A stretch of DNA of 64,000 bases from the human T2T-CHM13v2.0 reference genome, Homo sapiens: NCBI RefSeq assembly GCF_009914755.1, contig NC_060934.1; one strand, 5' to 3'. The notes beneath the pieces are model-generated. The model did no database searches. It saw only the letters and a program-made list of their open reading frames with translations, and was not told the DNA's origin. Position numbers and translations under genes: made by a program. Position 1 is the stretch's first letter; each line of letters begins with the position of its first letter. Below, in pieces: positions 13,381-26,975 of the stretch.

Positions 13381-14592
13381 CTTACAAAGGCTGGCAATTT
13401 CTTGCTTTCCTTCTTCTCTTTCAGCATACATAGGCATGCCCCTGATCAACAAATATTTACTAAGCCAGTGCCAGGCCCTGGGTTAGGCACTAGAGAGGCA
13501 TCAGGAAATAAAACTCCCGGAGCTTCATTCTAGTGGAGAGACATGAAAGAAATTATAGATATATTAAGGGCCGATACACACTAAGTCCTGCCTTCTGCCC
13601 TCAACCCACCTCCTCTCTGCATTCTGCAAGGATCAGTCTCTTTTGACTGTCGCTGGACTTTTCCAACTCGTTTAATACATTTCCAAGCTTTTGAAAGACT
13701 TTTCTGAGTGAATTGCAGCTTAACAAAGTTCACTTTTATGCTGTGTTCCATGTTTCGAAGGCAGAGGCATCAGTTTTCCCTGAGCCTTTAATCATCCTTC
13801 AGGACTTGCCATCTCAGAATGAGGTGCTGCCCTTCTGTGATCATGGAGGGAAGAAGTGGAACACGCCCTAAGTGACTGTAGACAGACTGGATTCATTTCT
13901 GGTCCCTGTCTCTTTCCAGCTCTGTGGCCTTAAGCAAGTAAATGAATTCCTACAAGCTTAGGGTCTGGGATCCAAAGAGGCCCAATAAAATAATACTCCT
14001 CTTTTCTGCAGGAGTTTTGATCAGCTGAGAATTGATGCAAAGTAGTAAAGCAAATGGGTGTCAAAACAGCACCTGTATTCTGAGTCAAAGGGAATCTGGC
14101 TTATATATGAAGGCCAATAAACTTTCTCATACTGGATTTCAAAATGCGCATACTTACCCACACCCCATCACTGTGGTCCTCGATCCAGGCAGACCTCCCC
14201 ATACTGAGGCAGAGACTGCACCTGGCAAAGCAGCTGTGAAAATCAGCTCAGGTGCATTGGTCCTCAGGAAAAAGAAGGAAGAAGGGGAATCTACACAGGC
14301 TCAGTATCTCCTCCCTGTTCCTTAATTAGATTCAGTCAGTTCTCCCACCCAGGGCCGGGATGGGTGGAGGGGGCTGGGAAAAAATAAAATACAGGGGCAG
14401 AAGTGTAGCCACTTAATTTCTCTGCATACAAAAGGAGGCAACAGAAGTCAAGAAAAGTCTAATACTTGAGTTTCTTGTCTTTGAAACAGGATTAATACAC
14501 ATCTCATATGAAAATGATGACCATGCTAAGAATGATAGAGAATGCTGTCAATATTTCCATATGAGATGTGCATTAGTCCTGTTTCAAAGGTA

Positions 14593-14991
<399 letters not shown>

Positions 14992-15052
14992 TCAATCTTT
15001 ATCTCTCTTCCTCTGTGTTTAGAGAAAGTTATTTGAGACAGCAGTCTATCCT

Positions 15053-15342
15053 ATTTATTTATCTGTTTATTTATTTATTCTTTTTTTGAGACAGGGTTTC
15101 ACTTTGTTGCCCAGCCTGGAGTGCAGTCACGTGATCTGGGCTCACTGCAGCCTCGACTTCCCAGGTTCAAGCAATCCTCCCACCTCAGCCTCCCGAGTAC
15201 CTGGATCCAGAGGCATGTACCACCATGCCTGGCTAATTTTTATATTTTTTGTAGAGACAGATTTTCTGATGTTGTCCAGGCTGGTCTTGAACTTCTGATC
15301 TCAAGTGATCCTCCCACCTCAGCCTCCCAAAGTGCTGGGATC
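15053..15342 (-). mobile_element. AluJ with rearranged 5' end
   Basis: Reverse AluJ; TSD GTCTATCCTATTTATTT at 15044-15060 and 15382-15398. Confidence 0.9.
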
Positions 15343-15484
15343 CTATTTATAAATTGCTATGCTGGGATCCCAAAGTGCCTGGTCTATCCTATTTATTTTA
15401 ACTGCCTGAAAATTTTTACTATAAGTTATTTCTGTTCCAGCAGTAGTTCCATTTTCTCTCACAAGGCTCACCCTAGCAAGTCAT

Positions 15485-15487
<3 letters not shown>

Positions 15488-15526
<39 letters not shown>
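15488..15526. repeat. (GT)n microsatellite
   Basis: About 19 GT units. Confidence 0.95.
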
Positions 15527-15527
<1 letters not shown>

Positions 15528-16619
15528 CCAAATGTTTTCTATACATTGAGGTTCTCCTCTTGCATTACCACTGATCATTATTCTATTTAAAGTGTAACGT
15601 GAAAATATTATGAGAATTAGTGCCACACAAAACTAGTAGTAAATCAGAGGTAGATTTTGAAGGATCAAAATCAAATTTTATTTTCCTGTGAGAGAAGGAT
15701 GACATGCTGTGAGATGCTCATATGTGATTGAAAGTGATTATGTGAGCTCATGAAAGTAGAATCTTAAGGAAGACAAAATGGTGATGCACTAGGCTTTTGG
15801 TTATATATTTTCAGGATGAGATTTATAAACCCTCTGTCCTTTCCCAGAATAAATGCTTCTGAATGTTTTCTTGCTTTGAGCTCCCTGAATGTCACCTGGT
15901 TTCCGTGTTGGGGGTTCTGCAGCAGATTCCCATATAAACAGATGTGCTATTCAGGCCTCCGGAGACAGTAAGATTCTTTTTCAGGCTTACTTCTGAAACT
16001 AGTGCGCGATAAACCAAATGTCACATTGAACATAAGACTTGGGAGGAAATACACATATAAAACAGCTAATTAAATGGAAAAAATGGTAATCATAAGCTTG
16101 CCTAATTCAATCACTGAAGGACTTGTGCTGTTAAACTTTAGGCCAGATGCAGTAACTCGTCCACCCAGCAGACCAGCATCATGGGCTGCTGGCAGGGTAC
16201 TTGATATCTGTTAAAAAGCATAGCTTAAAAGAAACAATGGCTAAGCTGTCTACCTCTGTAGGCTTGGCTGGCTTTTGCCTAATCATCAAGCATTTCAGTC
16301 CCTCTTTGAGACATTGTGCTTGTGTATTTCACAAGGAAGCCACATCTGGCAGCTCCTTCGAGCAGCACAGGGTCCCCTGAGAGCAGTTTAGGCTTGGTAG
16401 GGCCACGGTCCAGATCGACTGGGGGAGGAAACATTGTTTCTAGCTCTTTCTTTGAAAGCAAATCACATATTCTAGTGGAAAATATTGCTTTTCAAACAGT
16501 TACCTGAGAAAGCAGCTTCCCAGAATTTGCGGTGAATTTTAGTTTTCCGTGGCATGATAGATCTTTCTCTTTGCTAATTGCTTGATGAATTGTTCATCAT
16601 GCAATTAGCAAATGATGAT

Positions 16620-17305
16620 TTGTTCATTTATTTGTTTATATAAATGTATATGGTCATTCATTTAATAAGTAGTTATTGAGCACCTACTGTTTGCAAGACA
16701 TTACTCTAGGGTCTGGGGATGGAGTACTGAACAGGGCATGACAGGATCCTTGTTCTCCTGTAACTTAAAGTCTTTGAAGATGGAAAACGGTCAATGAGCA
16801 AGGAATTACACTCATACAATTACATAGTGCTTACTACGTGTCATGCCCCCAACAACCTCATGAGGTAGATACCATTATTATCCGCATTTTACAGACAAGG
16901 AAACTGAGACACTTATAGCTCAAGGGTTCACATAAGTAGTAAAGACCTTGAACACAGGCAATATGGTTCCAGATTTTGTTTTGTTCACTTCCACATTGAA
17001 AATTTAAAAAGGGCAAGGTGATAGCCACTCTGTGGCCATCTTACCTGGAGAGGTCTCAGAAGGCCCCTCTGTCTGAGGAGATGACCTATAAGTTGAGGTC
17101 TGAATGACAAGTCAACTATGCAAAGGTCTAGACAACGAACTGTAAGGGCAGAGGTTCCAGCGTACACAAGCTTGGCATGATAGAGGACCAGAAAGAAGAT
17201 CAGTGTGCCAGGCAAGGCAGAAAGAAGAGGTACAAGATGAGGTGGTTATGCAGAGGCCAAATCAGGTAGGGCCTTGTAAGCCAAGAAAAGGAGATGGAAT
17301 GTTTA
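16620..17305 (-). mobile_element. L2 fragments with a nested MIR (about 16815-16975)
   Basis: L2 3' end TTATTGAGCACCTACTG; MIR core CATTTTACAGACAAGGAAACTGAG; L2 GTAGGGCCTTGTAAGCCA. Confidence 0.7.
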
Positions 17306-17470
17306 TTATTATTATTTTAATATTGCTATGCTAAGAAATAAAATGAAGTAAATTGTAAAACACAAAATCTCTCATTTATTGTCAATTATTCATGCAATTC
17401 TTCATGGCTAACCACCACAAAGTCTGCATCAGTTAGAAAGAAAAAAATATGAACTCACTGAAATAATGGA

Positions 17471-18435
17471 TTTTATTTTATTTTTTATTTTTTTTTATTT
17501 TAGACTAAGGGGGCACATGTGCAGGTTTGCTGCATGGAGATATTGTGTGATGCTGAGGTTTGGGCTTCTGCTGAACCCAATAGTGAGCATAGTACCCAAT
17601 AGGTAGTTTTTCAATACTTGCTCACTTCCCTCCTTCCTCACTTTTGGAGTCCCCAGTGTTTATTTTCCCATCTTTAAGTCCACGTGTACCCAGTGTTCAG
17701 CTCCCACTTGTAAGTGAGAACATGTAGTATTTGGTTTTCTGTTCCTGTGTTAATTTGCTTAAGATAATGGCCTCCAGCTGCGTCCATGTTGCTGCAAAGG
17801 ACGTGATTTCATTCTTTTTTTTGTGGCTGCGTAGTATCCATGAGGTATATTTTCTTTATTCAATCCACAGTGGATGGGCACCTAAGTTGCTTACATCTCT
17901 TTGCTATTGTCAGTAGTGCTGCAATAAACGTATGAATGTAGGTGTCTTTTTGGTGGAACAATTTATTTTCCTTTGGATATATACCCAGTGATGGGGTTGC
18001 TGGGTCAGATGGTAGTTCTGTTTTAAGTTCTTTGGGAAATCTCGGAGCTGATTTCCACAACGGCTGAACTAATTTATATTCCCACTGATAGTGTATAAGC
18101 ATTCCTCTTTTTTTGGGAAATCTCTGAGCTGATTTCCACAGGGGCTGAACTAATTTATAATCCCACTAATAGTGTATAAGCATTCTCCTTTTTCTACAAC
18201 TTTGCTGGCATCTGTTATTTTTTGACTTTTTTGCTAATAGCCATTCTGACTGGTGTGAGATGATATCTCATTGTGGTTTTAATTTGCATTGTTCTGATGA
18301 TGACTGATGTTGAGCATTTTTTTCATATCTTTCTCGGTCACTAGTTTGTCTTCTTTTGAGAAGTGTTTGTTCATATCCTTCACCCACTTTTAAATGGGGT
18401 TATTTGGTGCTTTTCTTATTGATTTATTTATGTTT
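17471..18435 (-). mobile_element. L1PA15/16-like 3' fragment
   Basis: L1 3'UTR and ORF2 end; TSD CTGAAATAA(T/G)GGATTT at 17458-17473 and 18436-18451; internal 81-bp tandem duplication. Confidence 0.9.
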
Positions 18436-19299
18436 CTGAAATAAGGGATTTAAAAAATCAACCCCAGGATCTTTAAATATATATACAGAAAAATGTCAAC
18501 CTTCTATAACATCTGTTTCTATGTCATCTTATATAGTTATTATCTAAATATGCAAGCTAAAAAATTGTCGAAAGTCCTCATGAAGGGTGGTGGTGCTTCC
18601 AAAGAGCTATGTCCACATTTGTTCTACATCCTGTATTATTTGCTCTCAACTCGGCAGCAGACATTTTTTCACATTCGAATGTTTCTAAAACTGGTTTGCA
18701 TCTTACAGTCAAGATGCACACAGATATACTAGCAAGATAATTGGCAGGGCCTTTCAGAAATTACAATTTCTGCATCTTGCTTGGAAAGGGCAATATGAGA
18801 AGTGAGTTATTTACAATTTGCACAGAAATCAGAGTCAGTGAAATAGACTTTTCCAGTGTATCTGTGATTCATCAGGAAAAAGACATTGGAGGACATTCTC
18901 TTTTCCTTCATTGCACTCGAGCTCTGATTTACATAAGTTAACTCAGTGGGAACATGGACTCCTGAGGGTGAGGCCTGGATTTCCTGCCCTTAACAATCAT
19001 GTGACCTTGTTGTATGTTTCACCTTCTTAGATGGCCCTTTGGTATTGAGCCTGTCCTTCCTCACGTGTGCCTCCCCTTGGTCTCCTGAAGATACACCCAA
19101 TTATACAGGAGTTCTAGTTCATTGTCTTTTTTGCAATTAAAGAATACATGCATATCTTAAGTCTGGTGGAACTATCATCATATTGAATGTAGCAACAGAA
19201 TATTCTATTAAATACTTTTCTATAATTTTCTATAGTTCCTACTTCTAGGCTGCAAGCTAACTCACCCCGCCTGCTTCTACCATGTCTTACTTATAACAA

Positions 19300-19530
19300 C
19301 AACTAGCATTTATTGGGTTCTTCCTAGGGGTCAAACATTATGTTAAATTCATTACATGGATGTTCTTGTATAATTCCTACAATAATTCTGAGTGATAGGT
19401 ATCAGCATTAGCTTGTCCATTTCATGGATAAACAAACTGAGCCCCAGAGGGAAAGAGTGACTTGTCCTTGATCGCATAACCAGGAAACAGCAAAGCCAAA
19501 ATTTGAATCTAGAATCTGGGGACTTTGGTG
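19300..19530 (-). mobile_element. MIR
   Basis: CTAGCATTTATTG...CAAACTGAGCCCCAGAGGGAAAGAGTGACTTGTCC. Confidence 0.7.
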
Positions 19531-19940
19531 TGTCCTCCACTCACCTATGCCCTTGCCCTTCACCCCTGTACCTAAATTGACCTGGAGAAAGAAGAGTCAC
19601 TGTGTCAAGGCCATCCCATCTAACATTTACCTACACCCTGTCTTGCACTGATCATAGTGTGAGCTTTATCCACCAACTAGACTGGAAACTCCTTGAAATA
19701 GGAATTATGTCTAATAATCTTCCTGCACCCTCCCAATGCCTGACACAAATGTCCACATGGTCATGATAGGGGGATGGATTATCCCTGGTCAGCTATAGGA
19801 AACCTCATCAGATTGACCCAAAAGTGTCTGGTTACCTATCACAAACGAGCCCCACTTTCCTTTCTCATGGGTGGGGTTAGTTTCATCTTCTCGTATTTTA
19901 CTTTAATATATGGCAGATATGCAGTTTCTTAAAACTTTTG

Positions 19941-20400
19941 TGTATCAGTAAGAGTCCTGGCAGGAAACAGATGGTTTACTCAAGCTGGGAAATTAAGGAG
20001 CATTTACTAAAGGGATTGTTTGCAAAGGCTTGGACAGTAAAGGATAATGCAGTCCTCCAGGGCTGGAGGATACAAGAGCTGTCACTACCCCCCTGTCTAA
20101 AGGGACAAAAAATGGGGCCAGTTACCAGACTCCAGAAAAGACCAGCTGGCAAGAGCTGTGGCAGTTGGTAAATGAAACAACCAGAGCAGCCCGGCAGGGA
20201 GGGCAGGGAGAGAGCAGAAGAATGCACACCTGGGCTTCTCCCTCCTCCAACTTCCATCTCTGCTGGTGCCTCCTCTTGGCTGAAGGTAACCAGAAGCTGA
20301 GGGGCAAGTGAGTCCTTGGTGCAGTCCTGAAGTTGACCTCCTGGGACAAAGGTGACATGGAGAAGGGCAAAGAAGGCATTTGGTGGAGAAAGGGGTTGAT
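19941..20400 (-). mobile_element. Ancient MaLR/ERVL-type LTR relic
   Basis: TGTATCAGTAAGAGTCCTGGCAGGAAACAGATGG and CCAGAAGCTGAGGGGCAAG resemble old MLT1 LTRs. Confidence 0.45.
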
Positions 20401-21686
20401 ATTCATCACAGCTTGTGAGAAAAGTCAGGACTGTCGCCTGCAGGGTCCAAAAATGTAATTGATGAAAATAGCTTAGCTCTCGCTTATTTAATACAATTTT
20501 CATTCATTCATCAACTATTTGTTGATGGTCCCATATGTGCCCAGCAAAATGTACAAATTGAACCAGAATCTTCTAGTCTTAAAAAAAAAAAAAGTGCAAC
20601 TTTAGAGATTTGTGAAAACATTCACTGTTAAAAGCCACTTGAGCAATATAATGTATCCTCAACTCTGGGCCTAATACACAAACAACTTTGAAGAAATGTG
20701 TGTGTGGGAGTGTTGAATAACTGGTAAAAATTTAACATATAAACTTTCCCAGAGGCTGTTAAACCCTATTCTCATGGAGCATTTTCTTTATGATTTTTAG
20801 ATAGTAATATTTTAGCATCATCTTACCCCATACCACTGACATTTACTATTTGTTTTTACATTAAAAAACATGAGTTCTGAAGTCCTGAGATGTTATCTCT
20901 TTTCAAAGTAGCCAAATAGATTATATTAATCATTACTTTCTAGTTGGCAGATATAAAAGACCTGGTTGCACAACTGTGTGAGTTTCTTTAGAGCATCCTG
21001 GCCTTAAATTCCTACTTGGGATAATAATGAAGCAAAAATAAATAAGAATAAAGGTGCTTAGAAGAATTGATAAATATGAAATTGGAACCATATGTAAGGA
21101 CCACCCTTGTTTTTAGGTTGTTGCTATGACAGGTAAATTGAATACCATAAGAACCTGGTATGAACGATTGGTTGATTAGCTAGAACTATGGGCAGTTTAT
21201 AATAGCACAAAAGCTGTAGAGGCTTTGCCTTAGCATCACAACATTGCTGCTGATTGCTATTATTTTGGCAGTTTTACTTCTCATATAATAAAATCAGCTT
21301 ATTATCTGCTAGGCGTTGTGGAGCTAGGGTCTGCTCGCTTGCATCCCAGCTTTACGTCTTCCCTGCAAGCTGTGTAATCACATTCTGCAGGGAGAGTTGA
21401 AGAGAGAAATGAATAGAGTTTCAGACCAAATAATATTTTTTGAAAAACTTCAGAGGACAATGCCATCTTTACCGGAAGGGTGCGTTAGTTTCTGAGATGA
21501 CTGTACTGCTTTGGACTAGGGTTCCAGAGACCCAGGACGTGCTCCTGGCTAGGTGACCAGTCACTGCTCCTAGAGCAGGGCTCCTACCTCTCCAAGCCTT
21601 TATTTCTTCTATTGTAAAATCATTGCACTTACTTTTAATGATCACTAAGTTTTTTTCCAGTTCTAAAATTACATGATTTTCTGTTA

Positions 21687-22706
21687 ATTGCAACAAAAGC
21701 CAAAATTCACAAATGGGATCTAATTAAACAAAGAGCTCTGCACAGCAAAAGAAACTATCATCCAAGTGAGCAGGCACGCTACAGAATGGGAGAAAAGTTT
21801 TGCAATCTACCCATCTAACAAAGGTCTAATATCCAGAATTTACAAGGAACTTAAACATATTTAAAAGAAAAAAAAATCCCATCAAAAAGAGGGCAAAGGA
21901 TATGAACTGACACTTCTCAAAAGAAGACATTTACACAACCAACAAACATATAAAAAAAAGCTCAACATCACTGATCATCAGAGAAATGCAAATCAAAACC
22001 ACAGTGAGATACCATCTCATGCCAGTCAGAATGGCGATTATTAAAGAGTCAGGAAACAATAGATGCTGGTGAGGCTGTGGAGAAAAAGAAACACTTTTAC
22101 ACTGTTGGTAGGAATGTAAATTAGTTCAACCATTATTGAAGACAGTATAGTGATTCTTCAAGGATCTAGAACCGGAAATACCATTTGACTCAACAATCCC
22201 ATTCCTGGATATGCACTCAAAGAACTATAAATCATTCTACTATAAAAACAGATGCTGCATATGTTTACTACAGCACTGTTTACAATAGCAAAGACATGGA
22301 ACCAACCCAAATGCCTATCAGTGATAGACTGGATAAGTAAAATGTGGTACATGTACACCGTGGAATACTATGCAGCCATCAAAAAGAATGAGATCATGTC
22401 CTTTGCAGGGACATGGATGAAGCTGGAAGCCATCATCTTCACCAAACTAACACAGGAACAGAAAACCAAACACCATATGTTCTCACTTGGGAGTTGAACA
22501 TTGAGAACACACGGACAGGAGAGGGGAACAACACACACTAGGGCCTGTTGGGGGGTGAGGGGTGAGGGGAGGGAGCTTAGAGAATGGGCCAATAGGTTCA
22601 GTAAACCACCATGGCACACGTATACCTATGTAACAAATCTGCACATTCTGCACATGTATCTCATTTTCTTTCTTTTCTTTTTTTTTTTAGAAGAAATAAA
22701 GAAAAA
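21687..22706 (+). mobile_element. L1PA (PA8-PA11-like) 3' kilobase
   Basis: ORF2 C-terminal remnants ([34 protein letters not shown]), 3'UTR and A-tail. Confidence 0.93.
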
Positions 22707-22727
22707 TATATTAAGTGGTCTTTAAAG

Positions 22728-22790
<63 letters not shown>
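22728..22790. repeat. Compound (TA)n(TG)n(TA)n microsatellite
   Basis: Directly visible; abuts the AluY tail. Confidence 0.95.
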
Positions 22791-22807
<17 letters not shown>

Positions 22808-23089
22808 TGAGACGGAGTCTCGCTCTGTCACCCAGGCTGGAGTGCAGTGGCACAATTTCGGCTCACTGCAAGCTCTGTCTCCCGGGTTCACGCCATTCTC
22901 CTGCCTCAGCCTCCTGAGTAGCTGGGACTACAGGCACCCGCCACCACACCCGGCTAATTTTTTGTATTTTTAGTAGAGACGGAGTCTCACCATGTTAGCC
23001 AGGATGGTCTCGATCTCCTGACCTCGTGATCCGCCCACCTAGGCCTCCCACAGTGCTGGGATTACAGGCATGAGCCACCGCGCCTAGCC
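22790..23089 (-). mobile_element. AluY
   Basis: Diagnostic GCAAGCTC, TTCACGCCATTCTCC, GTTAGCCAGGATGGTCTCGATCTCC; TSD AAAGTATAT. Confidence 0.93.
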
Positions 23090-24049
23090 AAAGTATATTT
23101 TTTTAAAGTTCTGTAGCATAAAACACTAAAAACAAATGCAAATAAATTCATCTAGCCTCCATGGATAAAATCTGTCATGGATACTGAGGGTGGGGTTGAT
23201 GACTCCAAAAACCTACAAGCTGTTCATATTACCTCCATCACATTGGGTGCATTTCTATTTAAGATAAGTACAGTCTATGTTCTATAAATAATGAGTGATG
23301 TACATAAGTACAGTCTATGTTCTATAAATAAATGATTGAAAAGCCTAGGAAAGTGATGGCACCTTCCGTGTGTGGAATTCTTGGCCAGTCCGAAAGCTGA
23401 GAAAGGCAAAATATGGATAAGGAAGCACTTACAGACGATGGGCTTATTTGTAATTATTAAACTGACTTCAGGTCAATAAGAATGGACATGTTTATCCAAA
23501 TATCAGACTTCTGCCCACCTCAGATCACTGCGAGAAAAACACATCTAAGCATTTTGAAGAGCTGCTAGCAAACATCTTCTTTAAAGAAATGTATTTTGTC
23601 TGTACTCACTCGACATTTATCGGCTCTGATTTCACCTGAAATTCTCAATTTAATATGCAGTGTAACCAAAAATTCTATAAACTAGATGATTGTATCTCTC
23701 AGACCAAAGTATATTAGCAACAAACTGGGAGTCAGGTTAAAAACAAAAACATGAAACACTTGGAAGTGCATATAACAGCAAGGGAAGTGAGACTTCAGAG
23801 ACAGTATCTGTGGTATTGATAAAACAAATAAAAGGTACACAGAAAATCATATAATTAATGTTTATAATAAAGTTCCTGTATAATTAATTATATACTATTT
23901 GCACCTGCATATATTTAAGAAGCAGTGTATAGTATTATCTATAAAGGCTTTCATTAAAATAATTAATTTTTCTTTTGGTGCTATGAGTTTCAAACATTTT
24001 TTAAAATCACTTTTCTAGAAGAACTGAAGCCCACCTAATGGTGGATAAA

Positions 24050-24510
24050 TGTCAGGGTCCCAACAGAAAACAGATGGCACATACACATTATGATAATCTA
24101 GATGGTTTGATAATAAAGGTCCTGATTACAAAAGAGACTGCAAGGTAGATTGCAGGACCTAATAGGAGCCATGATGTATCCCCAATCCCTGTCCAAATGG
24201 CAAGAGGAAGAATCTTCTAGAACCAGGAAACAGTAAAAATACAGCAGGCAGCCTGAGGACCTTCTGTTAAAGCACACAGCAACACTGGGAGCCACCTCAC
24301 AGGAGGGAAGCAGGTCAGTAAATTATCTGGCTACAGTCTTCTCAGTTATTCCAGTCAGCTCCTGGGGTCCTCATTCACTAAACACAGCTAGAAGCCAGAG
24401 GTCATGGGGACCCATGATGTCACCCATAAAGGTCAGCCTCCAGGGACTGAGAGAATGGTAGGGAAAGGTGGAGTGTAGAATTGAGGGTCAAAGAAAGATA
24501 TCTTGCATAC
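24050..24510 (-). mobile_element. Ancient MaLR/ERVL-type LTR relic
   Basis: TCAGGGTCCCAACAGAAAACAGATGGCAC and CTAGAAGCCAGAGGTCATGGGGACCC; resembles the relic at 19941. Confidence 0.45.
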
Positions 24511-24514
24511 TACC

Positions 24515-24996
24515 TGTACTGGGTTATATTACATTACCCCCCGGCCCCAACAAGAGATATGTCTAGGTTCCAGCCCCAGTACTTGTGAATGTGACCTCAT
24601 TTGCGCTCTTGCAAATGTAATTAGGTTGTGATGAAGTCGTAGTGGATTAGCGTGGGTTCTAAGTTCAATCACTGGTGTCTTTATAAAAGGAAGCAAAGGG
24701 AGATTCAGACACAAAGACACAGAGGATACACACAGAGAAGAAGGCTGTGTAATGCTAGAGGCTGAGATTAGAGTGACGCCTGTAAAGCCAAAGAACACCA
24801 GGGATTCCCAGCAACCACCAGCTCCTGGGAAGAAGCAAGGAAGGATTCTTCCCTGGAGCTTTCAGAGGCAGCGTGGTCCTGCAGACACCTGGATTTCAGA
24901 CTTTAGGCCTCCAGAACTGTGAGATAATACATTTCTGTTGTTTCAGGCAACACAGTTTGTGATAATTTGTTATGGCAGCCCCAGGAAACTAATACA
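24515..24996 (+). mobile_element. MLT1C-like MaLR LTR
   Basis: TGTGAATGTGACCT...GGCCTCCAGAACTGTGAGA...TTTGTTATGGCAGCCCCAGGAAACTAATACA. Confidence 0.88.
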
Positions 24997-25062
24997 CACA
25001 GAAAGCACTCATGTTGTTTAGGGCCATGATAATACAAATACAGTTGAAGTCTCCTTTCATTC

Positions 25063-25390
<328 letters not shown>

Positions 25391-26600
25391 TGATGTAATT
25401 ATAGGGACGGAGCTTTTTAGGAGTGAGGGAGGAGCGCACCTACTATGACTGAAAAATGGTGTTCAAAATCCCTTGGGTTGGAGAGTAGCATGGGGACACA
25501 AACAAACACTCCCATACCTGGCTGCTTGGTGGCACACTGACCACCCAGCCTTCTGGTTTACCTGAAACTCAATCCTAGAACCAAGGCTCCAAATTCCCTG
25601 TGGTTGGCCCATCTTTTACTTGTCTTCCTTCCAGATTCTGTCCTCTGTCACGATATACATCCGGCAGTACTGTCCCAATTCTGTTCACCAGAATCTGCAC
25701 CTTACCTAGCCCCACTATCCCATGTTTTATATGTTGCTTACAAAATGGAAAAAGAAAAAGAAGCCAGGTTATAAAAGGTGGCTGAGAAGAGGCTCCATAG
25801 AACGGCCCATTAGTCTACTTATTTTTTCCCCATGGCACCTTAACTTAATTTGGCATCATCATAAGTAAATGGGAACTTCTGCTTCAGGCCAAATTGGGAT
25901 AACAGGGCCCAGGTTTACCTTCCCAATAAAAACAACTAATAACCTGGTGAAAATATAAGAAATAATGATTTTCAGACATTGGGGAGCAAGCAATGTAGGA
26001 CAGGGATGCCTGAGAGAGGGGAAACAAATGAGATGAACCCTGGGATTGTCCCAGTTTATTTCCAGGAATGGGTTTCCAGACTTTAGCACAGGGAGAGGGA
26101 ACCCAGTCAAAACTGAGAGGAATTGCTGAGCTAAGAAGATGAAGTTGAGAGTTCAGGGCAGGCCAAGTGTCGAGAGTTCACAGGGCATGGTATTAGTAAA
26201 GAAAGAAGTGAATACAAAGAGAGCACTGGAGATACAGAGAAGGCCCCTCCCATCTTCTGCTTAGTATAACCAGCATCTATATGTTGGGAAACTTCTTAAG
26301 GTTGGAGAATGAACCACTCAAAAGGTCACGCAGAACTTTCCTCAGAGCTCACGCAAGACTTGGAATAGTCGGTGTTTCCACCAGGCAAAATAGGAATGTG
26401 TCATAATATATAGGGAATCAGATAGAGTGCTTCGATGGGTATTGAGCCAGGCAAAGTCAGGAAAAACAATCAGCTCTAGAATAAAGTCTGCTCCAGTGCA
26501 GTTAACTAATCTTAAATGCAAGCCTTGATTGAATCAAAATGTTTCCAGGTAACTAAATATGCCCAAGAACAAAGCTCGTACATAGGTAAGTATGTATATA

Positions 26601-26975
26601 CACCGAGACCTCTATGTCTGTGCATTCTGCATCCGTGGTTTCAACCAACTACAGACCAAAAATATTGAAAAATTTAAAATAAAAATAGCAGTACAACAAT
26701 AAAAAGATACAAATTTTAAAATTTGTATTACTTTGTATATAATACAGCGTACAACTATTTATATACAATGTAGCATAACAACTATTTACAGGGCATTTAC
26801 ATTGCATTAGGTTTTATAAGTCATCTAGAGATGATTTAGAGTAAAAAAAAAAGGATGTGCCTCGGTTATGTGCAAATACTACACTATTTTATATAAGGGG
26901 CTTGAGCATCCTCAGATTTTGGTACCCATGGGAGAGTTCTGGAACCAATCCCCCTTGGATACCAAGAGATGACTG
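26601..26975 (-). mobile_element. MER2 (Tigger-derived non-autonomous DNA transposon)
   Basis: Ends GGAACCAATCCCCCTTGGATACCAAGAGATGACTG; TA on both flanks. Confidence 0.85.

Noticed and set aside
19976-20503. Longest ORF (175 aa, minus strand)
   Set aside because: Overlaps a degenerate LTR relic and has no recognisable homology.
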